A stretch of 64,000 nucleotides of DNA from Alphaproteobacteria bacterium (GCA_963555825.3 CAUVXB020000002.1:3104001-3168000), one strand, 5' to 3'. Counted from the stretch's first letter, positions 47,851-61,251 are shown. A program made the numbers and translations. The notes: generated by a model from the letters alone, not told the origin.

Positions 47851-49635
47851 GTGTCACGGGAGGACGTCGAACGGCGGCTCGCCGCGATCCTTTCGGCCGA
47901 TGTCGTTGGCTATAGCCGACTCATGGCCGACGACGAGGCCGGCACCCATGCTGCGCTCAAGGCGCATCGCGCCGAGTTCGTCGATGCCACGATTGCCGAA
48001 CATCACGGCCGGATCGTCAAGCTGATCGGCGATGGCGCGCTGGTCGAGTTCGCGAGCGTCGTCAATTCCGTCGCCTGCGCCATCGACATTCAGCGCGGCA
48101 TGGCCGAGCGCAATCGCGATGTGCCGAAGGACAGGCGAATCAGATTCCGCATCGGCATCAACCTGGGCGACGTGATCATCGAGGGCGACGACATCTATGG
48201 CGACGGCGTCAACATTGCGTCCCGCATCGAGGCGCTGGCCGAGCCGGGCGGCATCTGCCTGTCGGACGATGCGTATCGCCAGGCGCGGGGCAGGCTCGAC
48301 GTCGCCTTCGAAGACATGGGCGAGCACGCGGTCAAGAATATCCCGGATCCGATACGTGTCTTCCGCGTCGAGCTGGCTCACGCGGCCGGCGAGATCGACT
48401 CGGAGGATGACGTCGTTGCGGCGCCCGCGTTGTCCGCCAAACCGTCGATCGCGGTGCTGCCGTTCGACAACATGTCGGGCGACCCCGAACAGGAGTATTT
48501 CGCCGACGGCATCAGCGAGGATCTGATCACGGCGCTATCGCGGATTCATTGGTTCTTCGTGATCGCGCGCAATTCGACCTTCACCTACAAAGGCCGGGCC
48601 GTGAACGTGACCGAGGTCGCTCGCGACCTCGGCGTGCGCTACGTGCTGGAGGGCAGCCTGCGCAAGGCCGGAAATCGCGTGCGCATCACCGCCCAACTGA
48701 TCGACGCGACGACCGGCAACCACGTTTGGGCCGAGCACTACGACCGCGAGCTCGCCGACATCTTCGCGCTTCAGGACGAGATGACGCAGACCATCGTCGG
48801 CGCCGTCGAACCCGAACTGAGCGCCGCCGAACGCGAGCGGGCGGCGCACAAGCCGCCCGACAACCTGGATGCATGGGAGAGCTATCAACGCGGCTTGTGG
48901 CACATGTGGCGTTTCACCAAGGACGACAATGCCGAGGCCCAGAGCCTGTTGCGGCGGGCGCAGGAACTCGACCCCGGTTTCGCCATTGCCTATGCCTACG
49001 AGTCATACGCTCATTTCCTGGACGTGATCCTCGGCTATGCCGAGGCTCCGGGGGCCTGTCTTGCGTCGGCCCTGGCCGCGGCGAACGAGGCCCTCGCGCT
49101 GGACGACAAGGAACCGGTGGCCCACTTCGCGCAGGGTCGGGTTTACATGGTGCAGGGCAAGCACGACGCGTCGATTGCCGCGCTCGAAACGTCGCTCGAG
49201 TTCAATCCCAGCTTTGCCCAAGCCTGTCACGGACTCGGATTCGCCTTCGCGCTTGCTGGCCGGCTCGAGGATTCCGCCGATATGCTGGACAGAGGCATTC
49301 GCCTCAGCCCGCACGATCCGCTGTTGTTCGCGACCGAAACGATCCGCTCGTTCAGCTGCACCCTCCAGCACCAACACGAGGCGGCCGCCGAGTGGGCGCT
49401 GCGCGCCGTTCGCAGGCCGCAGGCGGTCGGCGGCGGATACTGGCCCTATGCGGCGCTCGCTGCCGCGCTCGGCAATCTCGGCAAGACCGAAGAGGCCGAG
49501 GCCGCCCTTGCGTCGGCATTCAAGCAAAAGCCTGACCTCTCCCTGGCCTACGTGATCAAGACTCTGCCGACCACGCAGCTGGACGGCCTCGGTCCCTATC
49601 TCGACGGATTGCGCGCGGCGGGACTGACCGCGTGA
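47851..49635 (+). CDS. Adenylate/guanylate cyclase with TolB-like and TPR domains
   Basis: AAILSADVVGYS, GRIVKLIGDG, RIGINLGDV, GDGVNIASRIE, PSIAVLPF, C-terminal TPR-like helices. Confidence 0.92.
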   Translation: MSREDVERRLAAILSADVVGYSRLMADDEAGTHAALKAHRAEFVDATIAEHHGRIVKLIGDGALVEFASVVNSVACAIDIQRGMAERNRDVPKDRRIRFRIGINLGDVIIEGDDIYGDGVNIASRIEALAEPGGICLSDDAYRQARGRLDVAFEDMGEHAVKNIPDPIRVFRVELAHAAGEIDSEDDVVAAPALSAKPSIAVLPFDNMSGDPEQEYFADGISEDLITALSRIHWFFVIARNSTFTYKGRAVNVTEVARDLGVRYVLEGSLRKAGNRVRITAQLIDATTGNHVWAEHYDRELADIFALQDEMTQTIVGAVEPELSAAERERAAHKPPDNLDAWESYQRGLWHMWRFTKDDNAEAQSLLRRAQELDPGFAIAYAYESYAHFLDVILGYAEAPGACLASALAAANEALALDDKEPVAHFAQGRVYMVQGKHDASIAALETSLEFNPSFAQACHGLGFAFALAGRLEDSADMLDRGIRLSPHDPLLFATETIRSFSCTLQHQHEAAAEWALRAVRRPQAVGGGYWPYAALAAALGNLGKTEEAEAALASAFKQKPDLSLAYVIKTLPTTQLDGLGPYLDGLRAAGLTA

Positions 49636-49736
49636 CCGAGCCGCGACGACGGGGTGGATAGCGGGCAGTCCCGGTTCGCCAACTCTTCCGTGATAGACTG
49701 ACCATGCCTGCCTGCCAGCCGAGCGAGGAAGTGGTC

Positions 49737-50147
49737 ATGGAATGGATCGGAGGATGCCTGTGCGGCGACGTGCGATATCGGGCGAGCGAGGATCCTCGGT
49801 GGGCCGGGGCGTGCCATTGCGGCCGATGCCGCAAGCAGTCCGGCGCGCCGTACACGGTCGGTGTCCTGTTCGCCGAGGACACCTTCGAATGGACAAGCGG
49901 GCAGCCCGCCTATTACCGCTCCTCGGCGAAAGTGCGTCGCGGCTTTTGCGCGCGATGCGGCAGCACACTCACCTGGGAGACGGCGGGTGACGGATTCACG
50001 GTCTTGATCGGAAGCCTCGATCGTCCGGAGGCGGTCCAACCCGACAGTCACTGCTACACCGCGACGAAACTGCCCTGGGTATGCCTCGAAGACGGGACGC
50101 CCCAATACCCCGAAGGCGACGTCACGATGGCGTGGTGCAAATCGTAG
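49737..50147 (+). CDS. GFA (CENP-V) family protein
   Basis: GGCLCG, CHCGRCRK, RGFCARCGS. Confidence 0.88.
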   Translation: MEWIGGCLCGDVRYRASEDPRWAGACHCGRCRKQSGAPYTVGVLFAEDTFEWTSGQPAYYRSSAKVRRGFCARCGSTLTWETAGDGFTVLIGSLDRPEAVQPDSHCYTATKLPWVCLEDGTPQYPEGDVTMAWCKS

Positions 50148-50361
50148 CGGCGCCGGCTCGCCATCGCGGCGGCCGCCGCCGTCGATACGGCTTCACGACC
50201 GCGGCGATAGTCGATTCGGCCAATAGGAATTTGCTGCAGTGCAGCGCGGCGTGCCGTAAATCGACAAAATGCTAGCTTTTCCGGCGCGGAATCATCTATT
50301 GTTACCGCCGCTGTCGTGAAGTGGCGGCGGCGTATTTTTATCTACCTTCTTTGCGGGCAAG

Positions 50362-50518
50362 ATGACGACGCAGACGACATCGATCCGGGACAACACGAGC
50401 GCGTGGTTCGCCACGTGCCGGGTCTCGTCGTGCACCGCCGTTCTGCCTCGGTGTCACGCGGTCCTTCGACTTATCGGCCCCTGAACGGATGAAAGCCGCA
50501 TACGCGGCCGTTCAGGGG
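50362..50518 (+). promoter_or_regulatory. Putative leuA leader peptide plus hairpin (attenuation-like element)
   Basis: 40-codon uORF 50362-50484 ending VLRLIGP*; stop lies inside an 11-bp perfect stem cccctgaacgg/ccgttcagggg (50478-50518). Confidence 0.55.
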
Positions 50519-50568
50519 AGTTCGATTTGCGATCTACTTCGGACATCCGCATATGAAGGACCAGTAAA

Positions 50569-53261
<2,693 letters not shown>

Positions 53262-53317
53262 CCGGCGGCGCAGGCCGCCAACGACCGATCAAGGGGGCGC
53301 CTTAAGGCAGACATCGG

Positions 53318-54214
53318 TTGGCGACGACAAGACAAAAGCGCGGCTCGATCCGTGTCAGCAACATCACGGGAACCATCAAGGGATGGCTCCAGCGATTCGC
53401 ATTCGTGCTTCTGGCCGGCACCGCGCTCACCCTGATGATCCTCGGCAAGGCCGACTCGCCGGTCGTCGAGCGGCTGCGCGTCACCATCACCGATGCCGCG
53501 ATGCCGGTGCTCGAGGTGCTGACGCATCCGCTTACCAGCGTCAACACCGTCGTCGACACGGTCAACGACCTGGTCTATCTGCGCAGCGAGAACACCCGTC
53601 TGCGCGCCGAGAACGAGCGTCTGCGCAGCTGGCAAGACGCGGCGCGGCTTCTCGAGCAAGAGAACATCGCGTTTCGCGACCTTCTGGGTTTCGTCGCCGA
53701 TCCGCAGCCGGTCTTCATCTCGGCCCGGGTCATCGGCGATTCGAGTGGCGCCTTCGTGCGCAGCCAACTGCTCAACGCAGGCGCGGCCGATGGCGTGCGC
53801 AACGGTCAGGCCGTCGTCAACGGCGACGGGCTGGTTGGCCGCGTCGTCAGCACGGGCGAGCGATCGAGCCGCGTTCTGCTGCTCACCGACCTCAACTCTC
53901 GGATCCCCGTGGCCGCTGAAACGTCGCGCGTGCGTGGCATCTTGGCGGGCGACAATTCCGACAACCCCAGACTCGACTTTCTGCCGGTCGACGCCGGTCT
54001 CAAGCCGGGCGACCGAATCGTCACGACCGGGCGCGGCGGCATGCTGCCGCCCGGCTTGCCGGTCGGCATCGTCGCGTCGGTCGCGGACGGCGTGATTCTG
54101 GTCGAGCCGTTCATTGATTGGGGCAAGCTCGAATACGTGCGCGTCCTCGATTACGTGCTGCCCGGCATGCTGCCGACGACGCGTGCCGCGGGCCGCGCCG
54201 GGCCGCTGCCATGA
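53318..54214 (+). CDS. mreC: Rod shape-determining protein MreC
   Basis: TM, coiled coil ENTRLRAENERL, GLVGRV, VLLLTDLNSRIPV, PPGLPVG; position after mreB. Confidence 0.93.
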   Translation: MATTRQKRGSIRVSNITGTIKGWLQRFAFVLLAGTALTLMILGKADSPVVERLRVTITDAAMPVLEVLTHPLTSVNTVVDTVNDLVYLRSENTRLRAENERLRSWQDAARLLEQENIAFRDLLGFVADPQPVFISARVIGDSSGAFVRSQLLNAGAADGVRNGQAVVNGDGLVGRVVSTGERSSRVLLLTDLNSRIPVAAETSRVRGILAGDNSDNPRLDFLPVDAGLKPGDRIVTTGRGGMLPPGLPVGIVASVADGVILVEPFIDWGKLEYVRVLDYVLPGMLPTTRAAGRAGPLP

Positions 54215-54726
54215 CGACGGCCGTCTGGGGCTACCTCGACCGCGGGCTGCGGGGCCTGAGCCCCTTCGTGCTGACGATCGGATTGGTGCTGATCAGCGTG
54301 CTGCCGATCCCGGTGCCGGGCAGCGGCCCGATCACCCCGGCTTTAACCCTGATGGCGGTCTATTACTGGTCCGTCTACCGGCCCGACCTGTTGCCGATCG
54401 CGGCGACCTTCATTATCGGCGTCGTGCAGGATACCTTGAGCGGCGCGCCGCTCGGCATGACCTCGCTGGTGCTGTTGTCGGTGCAGGGCTTGGTGATGGC
54501 CCAGTACCGTTTCTTCAGCGGCAGGACCTTCATGGTCGAATGGTGGGGTTTCCTGGTGATCGCGCCCGGCGCGATCACGGCGACGTACCTGCTGGCGACG
54601 ATCTATTCGGGCACATTGCTGTCGGCGCGGCCGTTCGGCTTCCAGCTCATGCTGACCGTCGCGCTGTATCCCTGCATCGCCTGGCTCCTGGCGCGCGCCC
54701 AGAAATTCCTGTTGCGGCCTGTGTGA
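54211..54726 (+). CDS. mreD: Rod shape-determining protein MreD
   Basis: Hydrophobic; YYWSVYRPDLLP, GVVQD; ATGA overlap with mreC. Confidence 0.9.
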   Translation: MTTAVWGYLDRGLRGLSPFVLTIGLVLISVLPIPVPGSGPITPALTLMAVYYWSVYRPDLLPIAATFIIGVVQDTLSGAPLGMTSLVLLSVQGLVMAQYRFFSGRTFMVEWWGFLVIAPGAITATYLLATIYSGTLLSARPFGFQLMLTVALYPCIAWLLARAQKFLLRPV

Positions 54727-54727
54727 G

Positions 54728-56620
54728 ATGAAACCGAGGGACCACGGTCGGACCAAGGTTCTCAACCGGCGCGCTCTGCTGCTGGCCAGCGGCAAGCTCG
54801 GCCTGATGAGTGCGCTGGTCGGGCGGCTCTACTACCTGCAGGTCGTCCAGGCCGACCGCTATGCGACACTGGCCGAGGACAACCGCATCAATCTGCGCCT
54901 GCTGCCGCCGCCGCGCGGGCGCATCCTCGACCGTAACGGTGTGTTGCTGGCGAGCAACCGGCTCACTTATCGCGTCGTGCTGGTCTCCGAGCAGACGCCG
55001 AGCGTCGAGGCAACGCTCGACCGGCTCGGCAAGCTGATCCCGATCAGCGAACAGGAGTACAGAAAAGTTCTGCGCGAAAGCCACCGCAAGCGGGGCTTCG
55101 TACCGATCACCGTACGCGAGAACCTGAGCTGGGCCGAGGTCGCGCGCGTCGAGGTCAACGCCCCGGACCTGCCCGGCGTGATCATCGACGTTGGACAAAG
55201 CCGATACTATGGGCTGGGCGTGACCGCCGCCCACATCACGGGCTACGTCGCGCCGGTGTCGGAGGACGATCTGACCGGGGAACCACTGCTCGAGCTGCCC
55301 GACTTCCGGATCGGCCGGTCGGGCATCGAGAAGACCTATGATTTGGCGCTGCGCGGTTCGGCCGGCAACAGCCAGGTCGAGGTCAACGCCTATGGCCGAG
55401 TGATTCGCGAGCTGGCGCGCCAGGACGGCGAGCCGGGCGACGACGTTTCCCTGACCATCGATATCGGTTTGCAGAGCTATGTCACCGAGCGGGTCGCCGA
55501 ACAAAGCGCCGCCGTCGCCGTGCTCGATATTCACAATGGCGACGTGCTCGCACTCGCCTCGACGCCCAGTTTCGACCCGAACGCCTTCAACGAAGGCATG
55601 ACCCAGGCGGCTTGGCAGGCGCTGTTGCACAACCCGCGCAAGCCGCTCTCCAACAAGGCCATCGCCGGCCAGTACCCGCCCGGTTCGACCTTCAAGATGG
55701 TCGTCGCGCTGGCGGCGCTCGAGAACGGCGTCGTCGGACCCGATCACAAGGTCACCTGTAGCGGCGAGATGGAGCTGGGCGACCGCGTCTTTCACTGTTG
55801 GAAGCGCTATGGCCACGGCGAACGCCGGATGATCGATGCGATCGAGCAGTCCTGCGACCTCTATTTCTACGATATTGCGCGGCGCATCGGCATCGATCGC
55901 ATCGCCGAGATGGCGCGCCGCCTCGGCCTCGGCCAGGCGACCGGTATCGACCTGCCCGGCGAGGCCGACGGGCTGGTGCCCGATCGAGCCTGGAAGCTCG
56001 CCTACATCGGCAGCTCCTGGCAAAAAGGCGAGACGGTGGTCGTCGGTATCGGCCAGGGGTTCCTGCTCGCGACGCCGCTGCAGCTCGCCACCATGGTGGC
56101 GCGGCTCGCCAACGGCGGCGTGGCGGTGACGCCGCGCCTGTTGCGCCGACAGGGCAAGCCGACGGCCGCGGCGGTCGATGTTGCCGCCCCGGTGTTCGAT
56201 TCCATAGGACTGTCGCCGTCCGCGCTCGCCGTCGTTACGCGAGGCATGGACAGGGTGTCGAACAGCCCCTACGGCACGGCGTTCCGCGCGCGCATCGAAG
56301 AGCCGGGCATGGCGCTCGCCGGCAAGACCGGCACCTCGCAGGTGCGCCGCATTTCCAAGGCCGAGCGCAAGTCGGGCGTGCGCAAGAACGTGGAGAAGCC
56401 GTGGACCGAGCGTGACCACGCGCTGTTCGTCGCCTTCGCGCCGGTCGAGGCGCCGCGCTACGCGATCGCCGTGGTCGTCGAGCACGGTAGCTCGGGTGCA
56501 CGCACCGCCGCGCCGATTGCGCGCGACATTCTGCTCGAGACCCAGCGGCGCGATCCGGCGCGCAGTGACGACATCCCCGGGCGGCTCGTCGGGGACGCGC
56601 CGGGCTCAGGCGACGCGTGA
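54728..56620 (+). CDS. mrdA: Penicillin-binding protein 2
   Basis: RGRILDRNG, PGSTFK (SxxK), SCD, GKTGT. Confidence 0.95.
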   Translation: MKPRDHGRTKVLNRRALLLASGKLGLMSALVGRLYYLQVVQADRYATLAEDNRINLRLLPPPRGRILDRNGVLLASNRLTYRVVLVSEQTPSVEATLDRLGKLIPISEQEYRKVLRESHRKRGFVPITVRENLSWAEVARVEVNAPDLPGVIIDVGQSRYYGLGVTAAHITGYVAPVSEDDLTGEPLLELPDFRIGRSGIEKTYDLALRGSAGNSQVEVNAYGRVIRELARQDGEPGDDVSLTIDIGLQSYVTERVAEQSAAVAVLDIHNGDVLALASTPSFDPNAFNEGMTQAAWQALLHNPRKPLSNKAIAGQYPPGSTFKMVVALAALENGVVGPDHKVTCSGEMELGDRVFHCWKRYGHGERRMIDAIEQSCDLYFYDIARRIGIDRIAEMARRLGLGQATGIDLPGEADGLVPDRAWKLAYIGSSWQKGETVVVGIGQGFLLATPLQLATMVARLANGGVAVTPRLLRRQGKPTAAAVDVAAPVFDSIGLSPSALAVVTRGMDRVSNSPYGTAFRARIEEPGMALAGKTGTSQVRRISKAERKSGVRKNVEKPWTERDHALFVAFAPVEAPRYAIAVVVEHGSSGARTAAPIARDILLETQRRDPARSDDIPGRLVGDAPGSGDA

Positions 56621-56633
56621 GGGCGTCGAACCG

Positions 56634-57779
56634 ATGACGAGCAACGAGACCAGCGCGAACGGCATACCCCTCGGCGTCAAACTCCGGCACATCAGTTGGG
56701 GTCTGATCCTGCTGCTGTCGCTGACCGCCTGTTTCGGGTTCGCCATGCTGTATTCGGCGGCCAACGGCAGTTGGGATCCATGGGCGGCGCGCCAGATGCA
56801 ACGCTTCGGCGCCGGCATCGTGTTGATGATCATCATCGCCTTGGTCGATATCCGCATATGGCTGCGCTACGCGTACGCCTTGTACGCGATCGGCCTGGTC
56901 CTGCTCGGTATGGTCGAGGTCATCGGCGCGGTCGGCGGCGGCGCGACGCGCTGGATCGATCTCGGGTTGTTTCGCCTGCAACCGTCCGAGATCATGAAGG
57001 TCGCGCTCGTGCTTGCGCTGGCGCGCTATTTTCACGGCCTTTCCCTCGAGGAGGTGCGCCGACCGCTGTTGATTCTGCCACCGCTCGTGCTGGTGCTGAT
57101 GCCGGCGGCCCTGATGCTGCGCCAACCCGACCTCGGCACGGCGGTCCTGGTTCTGGTCATCGGCGGCGCGCTGTTTCTGCTCGCCGGCGTGCGCCTGTGG
57201 ATGTTCGTCGCGGCGTTCGGCGCCGGCGTCGCGGTGATACCGCTCGGCTGGCAATTCCTGCGCAGCTACCAGCAGGAACGCATCCTGACCTTCCTCAACC
57301 CCGACCGCGACCCGCTCGGCGCCGGCTATCACATCCTGCAGTCGAAGATCGCGCTCGGCTCGGGCGGGCTGGCCGGCAAGGGCTTCCTGGGCGGCACGCA
57401 GAGCCACCTGAGCTTCTTGCCCGAAATGCAGACCGACTTCATCTTCACCATGCTGGCCGAGGAATTCGGCCTGATCGGCGGGCTCGTGCTTCTGGGCCTC
57501 TATCTGCTGATCCTGATCTACGGCTATGCCATCAGCCTGCGCTCGACGAGCCAGTTCGGCCGCCTGGTCGGGCTCGGCATTACGACGACGTTCTTCGTCT
57601 ATGTGTTCATCAATATCGCCATGGTGACCGGCTTGATCCCGGTGGTCGGCGTGCCGCTGCCGCTGGTCTCCTACGGCGGCACGGCGCTGCTGTCACTGAT
57701 GATCGGCTTCGGCCTGCTGGCCGGCGTCTATGTCCACCGCGACGTCCCGCTGCCGAGGCGCGCCGGCGCCGTGGTCTGA
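56634..57779 (+). CDS. rodA: Rod shape-determining protein RodA
   Basis: GATRWI, QPSEIMK, QPDLGT, LPEMQTDFIF, GVPLPLVSYGG. Confidence 0.95.
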   Translation: MTSNETSANGIPLGVKLRHISWGLILLLSLTACFGFAMLYSAANGSWDPWAARQMQRFGAGIVLMIIIALVDIRIWLRYAYALYAIGLVLLGMVEVIGAVGGGATRWIDLGLFRLQPSEIMKVALVLALARYFHGLSLEEVRRPLLILPPLVLVLMPAALMLRQPDLGTAVLVLVIGGALFLLAGVRLWMFVAAFGAGVAVIPLGWQFLRSYQQERILTFLNPDRDPLGAGYHILQSKIALGSGGLAGKGFLGGTQSHLSFLPEMQTDFIFTMLAEEFGLIGGLVLLGLYLLILIYGYAISLRSTSQFGRLVGLGITTTFFVYVFINIAMVTGLIPVVGVPLPLVSYGGTALLSLMIGFGLLAGVYVHRDVPLPRRAGAVV

Positions 57780-57796
57780 CGTCGCGCGCGATCGGC

Positions 57797-58681
57797 TCAA
57801 CCGCGCGCGTTGTAGATGGTATGGGGCGTCAGGTCGGGGACCGGCCATGCCTGGTAGTACGCCTCGACGTGGGGGCGCAGCCGTTCGATCAGCGCGGCGT
57901 CCTCCGAGCGGTAGGCTTGAGCGCCGAGCACCTGAGCGGCCTCGCGTCCGACCGCGTCGATGTCGAAGCGCGTCGGCCGGCCGCCGCTGAGCACGACCTC
58001 GCCGCCGACCAGCACCGTGTCGACATCGCCGGCGTCGGCGCGCATCAAGAGCAGCTCGCGCGGATCGATCTCGGGCGCGATCCAGGGCCAGGTCACGCGC
58101 GCCAAGTCGATCAGCACCAGATCGGCGGCGAAACCGGGCGCGATGGCGCCGAGCGTGTCTGCCTTGCGCAGCAAGCTGGCGCCGCCCGCCGTCGCCATGT
58201 GGAGGATCCGTTCCGGCGTCGGCGCCGGCCCGTCGAAGCGCGGCGTGCGGTGCAGGCGCATGGCGAGGCGCATCTCGTCGAAATAGTCCTCGTCGTCGTT
58301 GATCGTCGTGCCGTCCATGCCCAGCGCCACCGTCGCGCCGCGCGCGAGCAGCGCGTTGAGCGGCGCGATGCCGGCGCGCAGCCGCAAGTTCGAGCTCGGG
58401 TTGTGCGAGACCGCCGCGCCGGTCTCGGCGAGCAGATCGATCTCCGGCTCGGTCAACCAGACGCCGTGTGCGATCGAGAAGCGCGGGCTGAGCACGCCCA
58501 GATCGTGCAGGTGATGGAGCGTCGGCTTGCCGTAGTAGCGCGGCCCATGAAGCATCTCGTAGAGCGATTCGGTGACGTGGGTCTGCACACCGACGTCATA
58601 CGCCTCGGCTTGGGCGGCGATACGCTGCATGAAGGCGTCCGAGACCCATTGCGGGCCGGGCGGCGCGAACCAGACGTCGAT
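57797..58681 (-). pseudogene. 3' portion of IS-interrupted amidohydrolase gene
   Basis: THVTES, AHGVW, SHNPSSN, GMDG, GAIAPGFAADLVL; 5' part lies at 61252-62449. Confidence 0.88.
58135..58681. repeat. 547-bp direct repeat, copy 1
   Basis: Matches 61252-61798; one difference seen (t58177 vs g61294). Confidence 0.92.
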
Positions 58682-58799
58682 TGAGAACGGCAGAGCAATA
58701 ATCCCCCACTGAAGCGGCCGGTCGATCCGGCTGCGGCGGACCAAAATGGGACCGCGTATAGCCTTCTGTCAGGGTTGCTCTGACTGGAAGGCGGGGGGG

Positions 58800-60299
58800 A
58801 TGTATCGGGTGGAGTTGTACGCACGGGTTCGGCGGGCGTGTCATGTCGAGGGGATGAGCACCCGCGAGGCCTCGCGGGTGTTTGGTGTAGACCGCAAGAC
58901 GGTCCGTAAGATGCTGTCGTTCTCGGTGCCGCCAGGGTATCGCCGAAGCGCGCCGCCGAGGCGGCCAAAGCTGGGTCCGTTCACGGGAATCATCGATCGG
59001 ATCTTGGAAGACGATCGGACCAGCCACCGCAAGCAACGGCACACTGCGAAGCGCATCTTCGACCGCCTCCGGGACGAGTACGGTTTCACGGGCGGCTACA
59101 CCATCGTGAAGGACTACGTTCGTGAGCAGGGGCTTCGGTCGCGTGAGGTGTTCGTGCCACTCTCCCATTCCCCCGGTCACGCCCAGGCGGACTTCGGCGA
59201 AGCGATGGCGGTGATCGGCGGCGCGTTACGGAAGATCCACTTCCTTGCCTTCGACCTTCCCCACAGTGATGGTTGCTTTGTTGCGGCCTATCCGGCGGAG
59301 ACGACCGAAGCATTCTGCGATGGCCACAACGCGGCGTTTGCCTTCTTCGGCGGCGTCCCCCGATCCATCCTGTACGACAACACCAAGCTGGCGGTTGCCC
59401 GGATCCTGGGCGATGGGAAGCGGCAGCGAACGCGCGTCTTCACGGAGCTTCAGTCCCACTATCTGTTCGAGGACAGGTTCGGCCGGCCGGGCAAGGGCAA
59501 CGACAAGGGCAAGGTCGAGGGACTGGTCGGCTTCATCCGGCGGAACTTCCTGGTCCCCGTCCCGCGTGCCGAGAGCTTCGCGGCCCTCAACGATGCTCTC
59601 GCCGAACAGTGCCGCCGGCGCCAGGCGGCGCGGCTGCGGGGCCACAAGGAGACCATCGGCGAGCGTCTCGAGCGGGATCGTCAAGTTCTCTTGCCATTGC
59701 CGCCTGCTCCCTATGATGCCTGCGATAAGCGCCCTGGACGGGCGAGTTCGCTGTCGCTGGTGCGTTACCGCAGCAACGACTATTCCGTGCCCGTGGCCTA
59801 CGGCCACCGTGAGGTGCTCATCCGGGGCTACGTCGATGAGGTGGTGATCAGCTGCGGGGCCGAGGTGATCGCCCGGCACCGCCGGTCCTACGACAGCGAG
59901 GACCTGATCTTCGACCCGCTGCATTACCTGCCCTTGATCGAGCAGAAGATCGGCGCCCTCGACCAGGCCGCGCCATTGGCGGGCTGGGACCTGCCCGAGG
60001 CCTTCATCACTCTGCGGCGGCTCCTCGAAGCTCGTATGGGCAAGGCAGGCAAGCGCGAGTACGTCCAGGTGCTCCGTCTACTGGAGACCTTCCGGCTCGA
60101 GGAGGTCGAGGGTGCGGTCGGCGACGCCCTGCGGCTCGGCGCAATCGGCTTTGATGCGGTGAAGCACCTGGTACTGTGCCGCATCGAGCGGCGGCCGCCC
60201 AGGCTCAACCTCGACGTCTATCCGTATCTGCCGCGCGCCCGGGTCGCGATGACGTCCGCCAAGTCGTACATGAGCCTGCTGTCGGGGCTCGGCGCATGA
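58800..60299 (+). CDS. istA: IS21 transposase IstA
   Basis: N-terminal HTH, AQADFG, LYDN, KGKVE (DDE). Confidence 0.94.
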   Translation: MYRVELYARVRRACHVEGMSTREASRVFGVDRKTVRKMLSFSVPPGYRRSAPPRRPKLGPFTGIIDRILEDDRTSHRKQRHTAKRIFDRLRDEYGFTGGYTIVKDYVREQGLRSREVFVPLSHSPGHAQADFGEAMAVIGGALRKIHFLAFDLPHSDGCFVAAYPAETTEAFCDGHNAAFAFFGGVPRSILYDNTKLAVARILGDGKRQRTRVFTELQSHYLFEDRFGRPGKGNDKGKVEGLVGFIRRNFLVPVPRAESFAALNDALAEQCRRRQAARLRGHKETIGERLERDRQVLLPLPPAPYDACDKRPGRASSLSLVRYRSNDYSVPVAYGHREVLIRGYVDEVVISCGAEVIARHRRSYDSEDLIFDPLHYLPLIEQKIGALDQAAPLAGWDLPEAFITLRRLLEARMGKAGKREYVQVLRLLETFRLEEVEGAVGDALRLGAIGFDAVKHLVLCRIERRPPRLNLDVYPYLPRARVAMTSAKSYMSLLSGLGA

Positions 60300-61060
60300 C
60301 CGACACACCGCAAGTGCTGCTCGCCCACCACCTCAAGACGCTGAAGCTGCCGACCTTCCTGCGCGAGTACGACAAGATCGCCCGGCAGTGCGCCTCGGAA
60401 GGCGTCGATCACGTCCGCTACCTGTTGAGACTCGCCGAGCTCGAGCTGATCGACCGCGAGCGCCGCATGGTCGAGCGGCGCATCAAGGCGGCGCGCTTCC
60501 CCGTGGTCAAGAGCCTCGACAGCTTCGACTTCAAGGTCATCCCCTCGCTCAACAAGGCGCTGGTCCTGGAGCTGGCCCGCTGCGAGTACATCGAGCGCCG
60601 CGAGAACCTCATCGCGCTCGGCAACAGTGGGACCGGCAAGACCCACATCGCCCTCGGTCTCGGCCTGGCGGCCTGCCAGAAGGGCCTCTCGGTCGGCTTC
60701 ATCACCGCCGCCGCGCTGGTCCACGAACTCATCGAGGCCCGCGATGACAAGCAGCTGCTGAGGTTCCAGAAGAAGCTCGCCACCTACAAGCTTCTGATCG
60801 TCGACGAACTCGGCTTCGTGCCGCTGTCGAAGACCGGCGCCGAGCTGTTGTTCGAGGTGTTCAGCCAACGCTACGAGCGGGGCTCGACCCTGGTCACCAC
60901 CAATCTGCCCTTCGACGAATGGACCGAGGTGTTCGGCTCCGAGCGCCTCACCGGCGCGCTCCTCGATCGCCTCACCCACCACGTCAACATCCTCGAGATG
61001 AACGGTGACAGCTACAGGCTCAACCAGAGCCGCAGGCGTCAAACCCCGACTGCTAACTGA
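60296..61060 (+). CDS. istB: IS21 helper ATPase IstB
   Basis: GNSGTGKTH Walker A, LLIVDELG Walker B, LLDRLTHH; ATGA overlap with istA. Confidence 0.95.
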   Translation: MTDTPQVLLAHHLKTLKLPTFLREYDKIARQCASEGVDHVRYLLRLAELELIDRERRMVERRIKAARFPVVKSLDSFDFKVIPSLNKALVLELARCEYIERRENLIALGNSGTGKTHIALGLGLAACQKGLSVGFITAAALVHELIEARDDKQLLRFQKKLATYKLLIVDELGFVPLSKTGAELLFEVFSQRYERGSTLVTTNLPFDEWTEVFGSERLTGALLDRLTHHVNILEMNGDSYRLNQSRRRQTPTAN

Positions 61061-61251
61061 ACCGACCACCCAGCCCACGCTTGACCCCGTGGGCCCACAG
61101 GTCCCTCCCGCGCGCGCCGCCGCGTCAGCCTGTTGAGGGCACGCCGCGTCGCGCGCGGGGCCCTCCCGTGGACTACGGGGACAAGCCCGCAGCCGCCAAG
61201 CGGTCCCTTCTTACACCGCCGAGGTGGTCCCTTTTTGCTCCGCCATTGACA

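Larger units (their letters stand above)
58682..61251 (+). mobile_element. IS21-family insertion sequence
   Basis: TG...CA ends; imperfect IRs tgagaacggcagagcaataa / tttttgctccgccattgaca; repeated end motifs; istA-istB pair. Confidence 0.92.

Noticed and set aside
58682-61251. Tn7-like or CRISPR-associated transposon (DDE transposase plus AAA ATPase)
   Set aside because: Only istA/istB lie within 2.57 kb bounded by IS21-type ends; no tniQ, cas gene or cargo.
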